This document shows, one piece after another, positions 1 through 7,641 of a stretch of 36,794 nt of DNA; the stretch's first letter is position 1; the number at the start of each line of letters is the position of its first letter. The notes below the pieces were generated by a model that searched no databases, was not told where the DNA came from, and worked only from the letters and a program-made list of their open reading frames with translations. The stretch is from an uncultured Thermoflexus sp. (GTDB taxonomy: Bacteria > Chloroflexota > Anaerolineae > J036 > Brachytrichaceae). The stretch spans positions 1 through 36,794 of the forward strand of contig CAZLOF010000001.1 of NCBI GenBank assembly GCA_964560745.1, read 5' to 3'. The position numbers and the translations under genes were made by a program.

Positions 1-639
1 AATCTCGCGCTCGTGGACTGCCTTTCTGTACGGCAGCCAGTAGCGGTAGATTGCCGCCACGCTTTTCGGAACTTGCTCAGCCAGGACCTCTCGCTGCGCG
101 GGCGTTCGCGCAAGTTTCCTCTCGGCTGCGGTCAGGTCATCTCCACCGAGGAGTCGCAACGGCCGCAGCATTTCTTCCGCATCGGCTGAATCGAACAGCG
201 GCTGCCAGTCATCAGGACAAAGCGCTATGCCCTGCATGAAGCCATAAGCCCACATTTCCGCGTCCAGGTATTCGTGGGAATCTCCGGGGTAGGTCATGGT
301 GTTGATGATGGGCTCAAAGGCATCCGGATCATGCTCGAAGCTCCAGACGATACCGTTCATGTGGCGCATGATCAGCTGGATGATTCGCTGCGCCTGCGCT
401 TCCGTCTCGAAAGCGGGCGCATCGTTTGCTGCAGGCCCCCAGACCCCATGCAACCAGTCGCTCAGTCGCAAGCTGGTCGGGCCGATGACAATCGCTGTCA
501 GATAGCCATCCAGCGAATCGATCAGCATGGCTTCTTCAGGAACTGCATCCGAAAGCAGGAAGGACTCAAGTTCGTCCGTCTCGGACTCGGACAGCGGAGC
601 CATCAGATTGAACGGCGGAGGAGGCGGATTCTTTGCCAT
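1..639 (-). CDS. UPF0149/YecA-like family protein; C-terminus lies beyond the left window edge
   Basis: This gene is absent from the ORF track because no stop codon is reached. Reading the minus strand from the ATG (plus-strand CAT at 637-639) stays open for 213 codons to position 1: MAKNPPPPPFNLMAPLSESETDELESFLLSDAVPEEAMLIDSLDGYLTAIVIGP...EMWAYGFMQGIAL...AIYRYWLPYRKAVHEREI. The acidic N-terminus, LDGYLTA..GP and W..GF..G pattern match my memory of the UPF0149 (YgfB/YecA N-terminal) family. Confidence 0.7.
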   Translation of the reverse strand, partial: MAKNPPPPPFNLMAPLSESETDELESFLLSDAVPEEAMLIDSLDGYLTAIVIGPTSLRLSDWLHGVWGPAANDAPAFETEAQAQRIIQLIMRHMNGIVWSFEHDPDAFEPIINTMTYPGDSHEYLDAEMWAYGFMQGIALCPDDWQPLFDSADAEEMLRPLRLLGGDDLTAAERKLARTPAQREVLAEQVPKSVAAIYRYWLPYRKAVHEREI

Positions 640-646
640 CTTCGAT

Positions 647-919
647 TTATCCTTTCCGCTTCCCTCTCAACCACAACAGATCTTCACGAACGGCATCCAG
701 GAACTCGCCGATCAGCTCCGGCTTCTCTTTCTCAGGAGCCAGCGCCCACGCCATTCCGGCCAGCAAAAGGGCCACGCTTGCCATTACGCCAGCAACAACC
801 ATCAGTGCAGATAGTGGATTCCAGGATTCCTCGAGCACGAGCCAAGAATAAGCTCCTGCGCACGAGGCCAAGGACAGGATGGCTGCCCATGGTAACGACG
901 GCGAAGCATTTTCTTTCAT
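647..919 (-). CDS. small hypothetical membrane protein (90 aa, two predicted hydrophobic helices)
   Basis: ATG at 919. Two hydrophobic stretches are present (AAILSLASCAGAYSWLVL and LMVVAGVMASVALLLAGMAWAL). It sits 12 nt after the cysC stop and 7 nt before the UPF0149 start, on the same strand. I recognise no family. Confidence 0.45.
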   Translation of the reverse strand: MKENASPSLPWAAILSLASCAGAYSWLVLEESWNPLSALMVVAGVMASVALLLAGMAWALAPEKEKPELIGEFLDAVREDLLWLRGKRKG

Positions 920-931
920 AGCGAAGCGGGC

Positions 932-1537
932 CTAATTTGCGCTTTCACACTGCGCAAAAACGGCAATCCTGCAAACCGCTTCCTCAACCGGCACCAGCGA
1001 TGCGTCGACAACCAGATCGGGAACTTCCGGAGCCTCATAGGGATCGGAAACCCCTGTAAAACAAGCCAATTTTCCGGCTTTCGCCATTTCGTAGAGGCCT
1101 TTCGGATCGCGTTGTTCGCAGACCTGAATTGGTGTGCTGACATACACCTCACGAAATCGCTCTGCGCCGATAATGCGCTTCGCCATGGCACGATCTTCTC
1201 GGTACGGCGAGATGAATGCGGTGATGACAATCAGGCCGGCATCATTCATCAGATGGGCCACTTCCGCTATCCGCCGAATGTTCTCCGTGCGATCCTCGTG
1301 AGAAAAACCAAGGTTGCTGTTAAGCCCATGGCGGACGTTGTCTCCGTCAAGGACATAACACGCCCGGCCTGCATTGATCAGATGGCGCTCAAGCGCAAAC
1401 GCAAGCGTGGACTTGCCGGACGCACTCAGTCCGGTTAACCAGATTGTCTGCGCGGACTGGCCGAACAATCGCTGCCTGTCTTCTGTCGATACGTGACCAC
1501 CGTGCCAAACCACTTGCTTCATTGATTGCTCCATCAT
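932..1537 (-). CDS. cysC: adenylyl-sulfate (APS) kinase
   Basis: P-loop LTGLSASGKSTLA, then LDGDNVRHGLNSNLGFSHEDRTENIRRIAEVAHLM, FISPYREDR and RDPKGLYEMAKAG...FTGVSDPYEAP, which are classic CysC motifs. The track ORF (932..1756) is over-extended. I place the start at ATGATG 1537/1534, giving MMEQSMKQVVWHGGHV. This forms an ATGA overlap with the stop of the upstream gene at 1534-1536. Confidence 0.9.
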   Translation of the reverse strand: MMEQSMKQVVWHGGHVSTEDRQRLFGQSAQTIWLTGLSASGKSTLAFALERHLINAGRACYVLDGDNVRHGLNSNLGFSHEDRTENIRRIAEVAHLMNDAGLIVITAFISPYREDRAMAKRIIGAERFREVYVSTPIQVCEQRDPKGLYEMAKAGKLACFTGVSDPYEAPEVPDLVVDASLVPVEEAVCRIAVFAQCESAN

Positions 1538-2559
1538 TCCGGCTTCCCTGCCTTCAATACCAACGTACCCATCACCAACGGCGCATACGCCAGGATAACC
1601 AAACCGGGCATCCACTGCGGCCACTGCATGCAGGCCCAGGCCATAGGTGCCAACCACAGCAGATTGACGGTAGCGGCCAACAAGGTGACAGAGTGATGAC
1701 CAGCATTTCTTTCGCCCTGCCAGCATCGCGCCAAACGCTGATACGCATGTTGGCAATGCGCCTCATACCAGCGTTCGCCACGCGCCATCCGCGTCAGCAG
1801 CGTAACGGTCGCATCGGCAACAAAAACAGCACCCAGAACCAACCATGCCGCATAGCTCAACCAGCCAGCTTGTATGGTGAGCAAGGCCAGCGCAAAGATC
1901 ATGAAGCCCAGCCAGGTACTGCCCGTATCGCCCATGAAGATTTTTGCGGGAGGCCAATTCATCAGCAAGAAACCGACGGTGGCCGCAACAACGCAAAGCA
2001 TCAGCCCCCAGAGAGGGCTGGCCACCGCATCGGGATTTATCCATGCCGTCAAGGCGGCTGCGGCCATCAACATGAACACTGCCTGCGCTCCGGCAATGCC
2101 GTCGATGCCATCCATGAAATTGAACACATTAATCCACCAAACGCCGACCAGTAAAAGCAGTCCGGATAAAACAAGACCACCCAATACGATATTGCCGACG
2201 ACGATTTCTGGAACAGTTCCCAGTACGATCAACAATCCCGCACAGACGGACACCTGTACGCTCAAGCGCACACGGGCCGACAAACGCCGGATGTCATCCA
2301 ATAGCCCGACCAGTGCCAGCGGTACAGCAAGAACTAATGGTGCCAGGAGCGCCTGGGATTGAGCCCATGCTAACCAAAAGCCAGCCACCGTAGAGACAAC
2401 AACCATTCCAAGACCACCGCCGCTTGGCGTCGGCTGCACATGGCTGCAACGCAGCGTTGGCGCTTGCATCAGGCTCAGCCGCTCGGCACGATGCAACAGC
2501 CAGATCGTCAAACACCAGGAGGCCAGAAAACTCAGCGCCAACAACAAAATCTTGATCAT
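1534..2559 (-). CDS. glycosyltransferase family 4 polyprenyl-phosphate sugar-1-phosphate transferase (WecA/WbpL/MraY superfamily), likely the initiating enzyme
   Basis: It is polytopic and hydrophobic throughout. Motifs are LLDDIRRL, NVFNFMDGIDGIAG and IFMGDTGSTWLGF. The ATG at 2559 overlaps the upstream stop (ATGA at 2556-2559). Confidence 0.85.
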   Translation of the reverse strand: MIKILLLALSFLASWCLTIWLLHRAERLSLMQAPTLRCSHVQPTPSGGGLGMVVVSTVAGFWLAWAQSQALLAPLVLAVPLALVGLLDDIRRLSARVRLSVQVSVCAGLLIVLGTVPEIVVGNIVLGGLVLSGLLLLVGVWWINVFNFMDGIDGIAGAQAVFMLMAAAALTAWINPDAVASPLWGLMLCVVAATVGFLLMNWPPAKIFMGDTGSTWLGFMIFALALLTIQAGWLSYAAWLVLGAVFVADATVTLLTRMARGERWYEAHCQHAYQRLARCWQGERNAGHHSVTLLAATVNLLWLAPMAWACMQWPQWMPGLVILAYAPLVMGTLVLKAGKPE

Positions 2560-3422
2560 GCCGGCACGTCCTCTGCTGCGAGTACAAACCCCTTCGGCTG
2601 AAATGCGAAATCTCGTGCCGCCTGGGCGTGATCAAACACCAGATCCTGTCCCATGCGTTCAATCATCGCCACCGACCAGTGCTGATATCGAGGATGTAGT
2701 CGAAGCAGAAAAAAAGCTGCTTTGGCGCTCCACAACGGCACGGGAACAAGCCTTGGGCGACGGTCCATTCCCCTGAAAACCTCAATGACCATGTCGCGGT
2801 AAGTCAGCGTGTCCGCGCCCGAAATATCGTAGGCCCGGTTGCTCGCCGACATATTGCCAACAGCTGCTGCACAAACCTTCGCCACATCGAAGGCATGAAT
2901 CGGTTGCCGCAGGCCCCGACCGCCTGCAAACAAGGGAAAGAAACCAAAGCGTCGAATGAATCGAGCTATTTCTGAAATATTTTTGTCCCGGCCCAGCCCG
3001 TAGACCAATGTCGGACGAAAAATCAACCACTGCTTCCCGGCCAATTCTACCCAGTCTTGAAGTTGTCGCTCACCACCGGCAAGCAATGCCGCCTGTTCTC
3101 GCTCCCAGGGTTCCGAAGATTCGACTTTGACGAACCGACTGGTTGAAGAAAGAGCAATAACACGCTGCGCGTCATATCGCTCAAGCAGCGGAAAGAATTC
3201 CGGCAATATCCAGATCGGCAGAAGCGATATCCAATGGTCAATCGAGTAATCGGCATCCATACCGTTAGCAGGCCATTGACGCCACTCAAGACCAAGGTGA
3301 TTCGAAACCATCGGTCGGCGAGAAAACGCAACGACCTTCCAGCCTGCCTCCAGAAGCATCGGGAGCAGGCAGGCCCCGACCAGACTTCGAGCACCGAGGA
3401 CACCTACACGCCTGTCATCCAT
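2556..3422 (-). CDS. atypical NAD(P)-binding SDR / epimerase-dehydratase-fold protein
   Basis: Rossmann-like N-terminus VGVLGARSLVGACLL..GWKVVAFSRR, LSSTSRF, and RPTLVYG typical of extended SDRs. I see no YxxxK catalytic motif. The start is set at ATG 3422 (MDDRRVGVLG), which overlaps the upstream stop by 8 nt. The track start at 3482 would overlap it by 68 nt. Confidence 0.65.
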   Translation of the reverse strand: MDDRRVGVLGARSLVGACLLPMLLEAGWKVVAFSRRPMVSNHLGLEWRQWPANGMDADYSIDHWISLLPIWILPEFFPLLERYDAQRVIALSSTSRFVKVESSEPWEREQAALLAGGERQLQDWVELAGKQWLIFRPTLVYGLGRDKNISEIARFIRRFGFFPLFAGGRGLRQPIHAFDVAKVCAAAVGNMSASNRAYDISGADTLTYRDMVIEVFRGMDRRPRLVPVPLWSAKAAFFLLRLHPRYQHWSVAMIERMGQDLVFDHAQAARDFAFQPKGFVLAAEDVPA

Positions 3423-4353
3423 TACGTCCGCCGATGAGCTGTCTGCCGATGCCACGCACACCGATGTACGCGACAACGGCACAGAATCTCAGCCATACGC
3501 CCAACGTAACCAGCCACATGAGCGCGCCGGGGTATTGGCGCTGGAAGAACTTGTGGTAGAACCTCAACATCCCATGATGTTTGTGCCACTCGACAAACAG
3601 GGGTCTCGACCGGCTGCATGCACCGCGGTGGTGAACAATGCGGGAAGCAGGGACAAAAAGAATGGCCCAGCCTTTTTGGCGGTAGCGCATGCAAAGATCC
3701 AAGTCCTCGCAGTGCAGGAAATATTTCTCATCCCACGGTCCGACATCCTGCATGGCATGACGCTTCACCATTGTGCAGGCACCCGAGATTGCTTCAACCT
3801 CTATAGGGTATTCGGGAAGCGGTTGCTCATGAAGATTAAAGTCTGCAAAGAGGCGAGGCCATCGATCCGCAAATCTAGACAACCGAAAAACACGAACCAA
3901 CGAACGCCAAGGTGTTGGAACCGCACGGCGCCCTCCGCCCTGCTCCTTGCCCTCGATATCAAGAAGCAGACCCCCGCCCATCCCCGCCTTTGGGTCAGCA
4001 TCAAGTGCCAGTCTTAGCTGGCTGACCGCTCCCCCTTCCAAAGCGCAATCCGGGTTCAAGAACAGCACGAACTGCCCACTGGCCGCCTTCGCCCCGATAT
4101 TGCACGCGACAGCAAAACCGAGGTTGGTCGAATTGCAGATAACCCGCAACCTCGAATTCCCCTCGAACCGACGTGTTACCTCATTCATACTCTCGTCGGT
4201 CGAGGCATTATCGACGAGTATGACTTCCCGGGCCTGCTGAAGACTTAGATCGACACAGGGTTCGAGCAGCGCGCCGGCGTTGTAATTGACTACAACGATG
4301 GAGACATCGTTCTCCATGCCAGAACCATCCGACAGCAAGGTGGATTTTGTCAT
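3415..4353 (-). CDS. glycosyltransferase family 2
   Basis: VSIVVVNYNAG...VILVDNASTDES, NLGFAVACN and CEDLDLCMR, which is the GT2 (GT-A, DxD/ED) pattern. The ATG at 4353 is in an ATGA overlap with the upstream stop at 4350-4352. Confidence 0.85.
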   Translation of the reverse strand: MTKSTLLSDGSGMENDVSIVVVNYNAGALLEPCVDLSLQQAREVILVDNASTDESMNEVTRRFEGNSRLRVICNSTNLGFAVACNIGAKAASGQFVLFLNPDCALEGGAVSQLRLALDADPKAGMGGGLLLDIEGKEQGGGRRAVPTPWRSLVRVFRLSRFADRWPRLFADFNLHEQPLPEYPIEVEAISGACTMVKRHAMQDVGPWDEKYFLHCEDLDLCMRYRQKGWAILFVPASRIVHHRGACSRSRPLFVEWHKHHGMLRFYHKFFQRQYPGALMWLVTLGVWLRFCAVVAYIGVRGIGRQLIGGRNG

Positions 4354-5342
4354 GTGGAAGAATTAGCCCTGCTCTGCCGCCGGCTTGGGAAAAAGGCTTT
4401 ATTCAGCATGGCCCACAAAGCATTAGCGGGTAGGCTGCGACGGCTCTGCACGACCGCACGCTTCCTCCAGGCCTTTGGCAAACCTTTGATCGCGTCCCGT
4501 TTGGCGCGGAGGATGGTAGCCGCCTGCCCCTGAAACATGAACCAGACGACGCTGACAAGATTCATGGCTAAATGCAACGGCAGGAGCGCACAGAACAAGT
4601 ATCCCGGCATATTTTTGACAAACATCCAGACGAGATTGCGGTGGCCATGATAAACAGCAAAACTGCTGTGCGCCCCCCCCGTCGTTGCTGAGCCCACATG
4701 CCTGACGACTGCACCGGGAACGTAAAACGACTGCCAACCGGAGAGTCGCAAGCGAAACCCCAAATCGACATCCTCGACGTAGCAGAAAAAATCCTCGTCG
4801 AACCCCCCAACCGCCAGCACCGCCTGCCGTCGATAAAGTGCTGCCGCCGCACACGGCGAGAAAATTTCCCTGGCCGTGCAATCGTCACTATTCATGGAAC
4901 GGCCATAGCCCCCTCGCCAGACTAGCCCGCTGATATGGCAAACATCCTCGATACCATCGAGCACATCGGTCTCGACTGCCATCAATTGGCAGGACCCGAA
5001 GGATGCTGCGTCAGGAGTCTGCCTTGCCGCATTGACAAGCTCTTCCAGCCAAGCCGGTTCGGGAAAAGCATCCGGGTTGAGCAAGGCAACGAACTCGCTT
5101 TCGCAGTGCTCGATAGCTCGATTGTTCGCTGCCGCAAAACCAGTGTTCTCAGGTAGGCAAATGTATTCGAATTCCGGAAACAGTTCTCTGGCACTCTCGA
5201 TGGAATCGTCGGTGCTGTCATTGTCAATGACGATCACTCTGGCAGGCTTGAGTGTCTGCGCGCGCAATGCCTCCAAACAGCGGGGCAAGGTACTTCCAGC
5301 GTTGAAGTTAACGACAATTACCGATACCAAACCAGCCAGCAT
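4350..5342 (-). CDS. glycosyltransferase family 2
   Basis: VSVIVVNFNAG...VIVIDNDSTDDS, NTGFAAANN and VEDVDLGFRL. The ATG at 5342 shares one base with the upstream stop (TGATG). Confidence 0.85.
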   Translation of the reverse strand: MLAGLVSVIVVNFNAGSTLPRCLEALRAQTLKPARVIVIDNDSTDDSIESARELFPEFEYICLPENTGFAAANNRAIEHCESEFVALLNPDAFPEPAWLEELVNAARQTPDAASFGSCQLMAVETDVLDGIEDVCHISGLVWRGGYGRSMNSDDCTAREIFSPCAAAALYRRQAVLAVGGFDEDFFCYVEDVDLGFRLRLSGWQSFYVPGAVVRHVGSATTGGAHSSFAVYHGHRNLVWMFVKNMPGYLFCALLPLHLAMNLVSVVWFMFQGQAATILRAKRDAIKGLPKAWRKRAVVQSRRSLPANALWAMLNKAFFPSRRQSRANSST

Positions 5343-6034
5343 CAGAACTCCTGTTCTGCCAGCGCCAGACTTTCCGGTGTGCCAATGTCTCGGTGGTAGT
5401 CCGAATTGTGGAAGGCCTGCATACGCCCCAGATACCTAGGCAACACTTCCGTGCTGATATCGATGACCGTCTTGTCCAGCGAGGCCAGAAAATCAATCAC
5501 TGATGGCTCGAAGATATAGACAGCAGCATTAGCATGATTGCTTGGCGGCTTGGCAAGCTTTTCGTGGAACTTGATGACTACACCACGCTCATCAAGTTCG
5601 ACGATGCCACAGCTTTGCGGTGCATCGGTATCAAAGGTCATCATCGTGATATCGACACCAGTCGGTCGCGCTGAGTGAGCACGAATAAACGCCCCGACAT
5701 CAAATCGGGTCAAATTGTCCGCGTGAACCACCATGAAAGGCCCGCCTGCAAGGAAATTGCGGTTCTTCAATACGGTCCCGCCGGTACCGAGCAGTTCATC
5801 CTCATACGCCATCTCGATGGAATCTCGCCAAGCAGATTCGGCCACAAAACTTTGTACAGTGTGCGGCAGGTAATGCGTATTTACCAAGACCCGCTCGATA
5901 CCATTTGGCAACAACATATCGAGCCAATACCCCAACAACGGCTTCCCATGAATCGGCACCAGACACTTTGGCACATGATCGGTAATCGGCCGCAGGCGCG
6001 TTCCCAGGCCTGCGGCCAGAAGTAATGCCCTCAC
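5342..6034 (-). CDS. sugar-1-phosphate nucleotidyltransferase (HddC/ManC/RmlA-fold)
   Basis: LLLAAGLGTRLRPITDHVPKCLVPIHGKPLL (GxGTRL signature) and LLGTGG. The track ORF extends to 6172, 142 nt into the upstream gene. I place the start at GTG 6034 (VRALLLAAG), a GTGA overlap with the upstream stop at 6031-6033. Confidence 0.8.
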   Translation of the reverse strand: MRALLLAAGLGTRLRPITDHVPKCLVPIHGKPLLGYWLDMLLPNGIERVLVNTHYLPHTVQSFVAESAWRDSIEMAYEDELLGTGGTVLKNRNFLAGGPFMVVHADNLTRFDVGAFIRAHSARPTGVDITMMTFDTDAPQSCGIVELDERGVVIKFHEKLAKPPSNHANAAVYIFEPSVIDFLASLDKTVIDISTEVLPRYLGRMQAFHNSDYHRDIGTPESLALAEQEF

Positions 6035-7524
6035 AGCATCAGCTCCTGAATCACCTCTGCTGCGGACAAAGGGAAATTCCCAACCCGACCAACCTGGCAT
6101 GCGGCAGCGATGGAGCCAAGATAAGCACTCTCCCAAATTGTCGCCCCTGCAACCAGCGCCATTGACGAACACATCAACAGACAGTCGCCAGCACCAGAAA
6201 CATCCTTGGGCGCCGTATTGAATGCAGGCAACTGGTCAGTGACCAATCCCCTGTGCGCGCCATCGGCAGAATGTACCAAAACGCCTTCTGCCCCTAGCGT
6301 GATGAAAACATGGCCGGCTCTGGCTTTGCGGTGCAGCGCGTCTGCCAGAAAAGCCAGTCCGGAGCCCGTATCACGCACTGCCAGCCGCGCCTCATGCTCG
6401 GTCGGCGTCAAGAGCAGCATCCCCTGAAAGCGGGAGACATCCCCCACCTGCGACGACGACTGGCTATCTGCAACCATTGGCACGCCATGTTGCGCACATC
6501 GAGCGATAATCTCGTCAACCAATAGTTGAGGAAGGCAACCGTAGTTGAAATCAGAGAACACCAGCAGGTCGGCATTTTCCAACGCCAGATCCAGCTTACC
6601 GAGCATATCGGCAATCAACTCGTGGCTAATATCGTGCTGGTGTAAATGGCTGACACGCAAGAGCGTCTTGCCACGCGCCCGATAACGTTGCTTCAAGGTA
6701 GTCGGCCGGCTTTCATCCTTGACTAGAAAGGCATCAACACCGTGTTGCTGAAGTGTTTTTAAGGCATAGGCTGCCGCCTGATCTTCTCCGACAACACCAA
6801 AATACGTAACTTGGGCACCCAGCCCTCTTGCATGGGCCGCAACAATTCCGGCCCCACCGACAAACAGATCATGCTTGATCGGCGTCACCACGATAGTCGG
6901 ATCCTCCTGCGACATGCCCAACGGGTCGCAAGTCACATATTCATCAACAATAAGATCGCCGACAACGACAACGCGGAGTGAGGAAAATTGTCCGACCAAA
7001 TCGGCAAGCCCCCGGCTATTGAATCCATGGCGCGCCGGAAAATCGATCGGCTTGCGTATTGCGGAAAGATTGGATTCTCGGAGTTCGCGCTGCAGCAAAT
7101 CCATGGACGAAAAGCGTACCTCACCAGAACTGAAGAGGAGTTTCCCCCCATAGCCCTCAATGACCGGCTGCTCCGGGTTGAAATGCGCCTCGTGCTCTTT
7201 GCCCTTTACAATCATGTGAGGCTTCAGTACCGCAATAAACTCCTCGGCAGGAACAGGTAACAGAAAGGCAAAACTCACGGCGCTGATGGCCTTCACGCCT
7301 TCCAGGCGCAGTTTCTCTGGAATTAACGCCCCGGGAACATCATCTCCGGTGACACCCACAACAAGAAAATCGCCGCACTCGGCAGCGAAATTCAGGAGTC
7401 TCAAGTGGCCCGGATGAATCACATTGAAATTGCCGGATACAAAAACAATTCGCTTCGAATTGCGAGTTTTTTGCGCAATCTCCGCGACGATTTCGGCCAA
7501 CATACCTTCCTTATCCAAAGCCAT
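6031..7524 (-). CDS. bifunctional HldE/RfaE-like protein with reversed domain order (N-terminal cytidylyltransferase-fold nucleotidyltransferase, C-terminal PfkB-family sugar kinase)
   Basis: N-terminal IVFVSGNFNVIHPGHLRLLNFAAECGDFLVVGV, which is the HxGH nucleotidyltransferase motif. C-terminal VVVVGDLIVDEYV...SQEDPTIVVTP, as at the start of the RfaE kinase domain, and DVSGAGDCLL, the PfkB signature. The track start at 7563 is a TTG. I prefer ATG 7524 (MALDKEG), which is preceded by AAGGGAAG. Confidence 0.8.
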   Translation of the reverse strand: MALDKEGMLAEIVAEIAQKTRNSKRIVFVSGNFNVIHPGHLRLLNFAAECGDFLVVGVTGDDVPGALIPEKLRLEGVKAISAVSFAFLLPVPAEEFIAVLKPHMIVKGKEHEAHFNPEQPVIEGYGGKLLFSSGEVRFSSMDLLQRELRESNLSAIRKPIDFPARHGFNSRGLADLVGQFSSLRVVVVGDLIVDEYVTCDPLGMSQEDPTIVVTPIKHDLFVGGAGIVAAHARGLGAQVTYFGVVGEDQAAAYALKTLQQHGVDAFLVKDESRPTTLKQRYRARGKTLLRVSHLHQHDISHELIADMLGKLDLALENADLLVFSDFNYGCLPQLLVDEIIARCAQHGVPMVADSQSSSQVGDVSRFQGMLLLTPTEHEARLAVRDTGSGLAFLADALHRKARAGHVFITLGAEGVLVHSADGAHRGLVTDQLPAFNTAPKDVSGAGDCLLMCSSMALVAGATIWESAYLGSIAAACQVGRVGNFPLSAAEVIQELML

Positions 7525-7641
7525 GCCTAGCTTCCCTTGTAGAATGCGACATTTTACCTGCAACGCACATGACCATTAAAAGTATTGGTGCTATTGTCAT
7601 TATGGTAGGCGTTATTTTGCTCGATTGCGCCCGGAGGGCTG
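7525..7641. promoter_or_regulatory. divergent intergenic region between the 7524->1 and 7642->12089 blocks; candidate promoters
   Basis: This is the largest non-coding gap in the window and is AT-rich (ttaaaagtattggtgctattgtcattatgg). A plus-strand TAGAAT at 7540-7545 points at the plus block. A minus-strand CATAAT at 7599-7604 points at the minus block. I found no convincing -35 element for either. Confidence 0.3.

Noticed and set aside
42-49. AGCGGTAG on the plus strand, a near match to the ops core.
   Set aside because: It lies inside the coding sequence of the minus-strand UPF0149-like gene, on the non-transcribed orientation for any glycan operon.
274-921. A 215-aa plus-strand ORF, and other plus-strand ORFs in 51..851.
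   Set aside because: They are antisense to the much better supported UPF0149-like and small membrane protein genes. Their translations are Arg/Pro/Ser-rich with no recognisable motifs, which is typical of shadow ORFs in GC-rich DNA.
932-1756. The 274-aa track ORF suggests a CysC with a 73-aa N-terminal extension.
   Set aside because: The extension overlaps the 3' end of the WecA-like gene by more than 200 nt and has no kinase-related sequence. ATG 1537 gives a normal ~200-aa CysC and a classic ATGA coupling.
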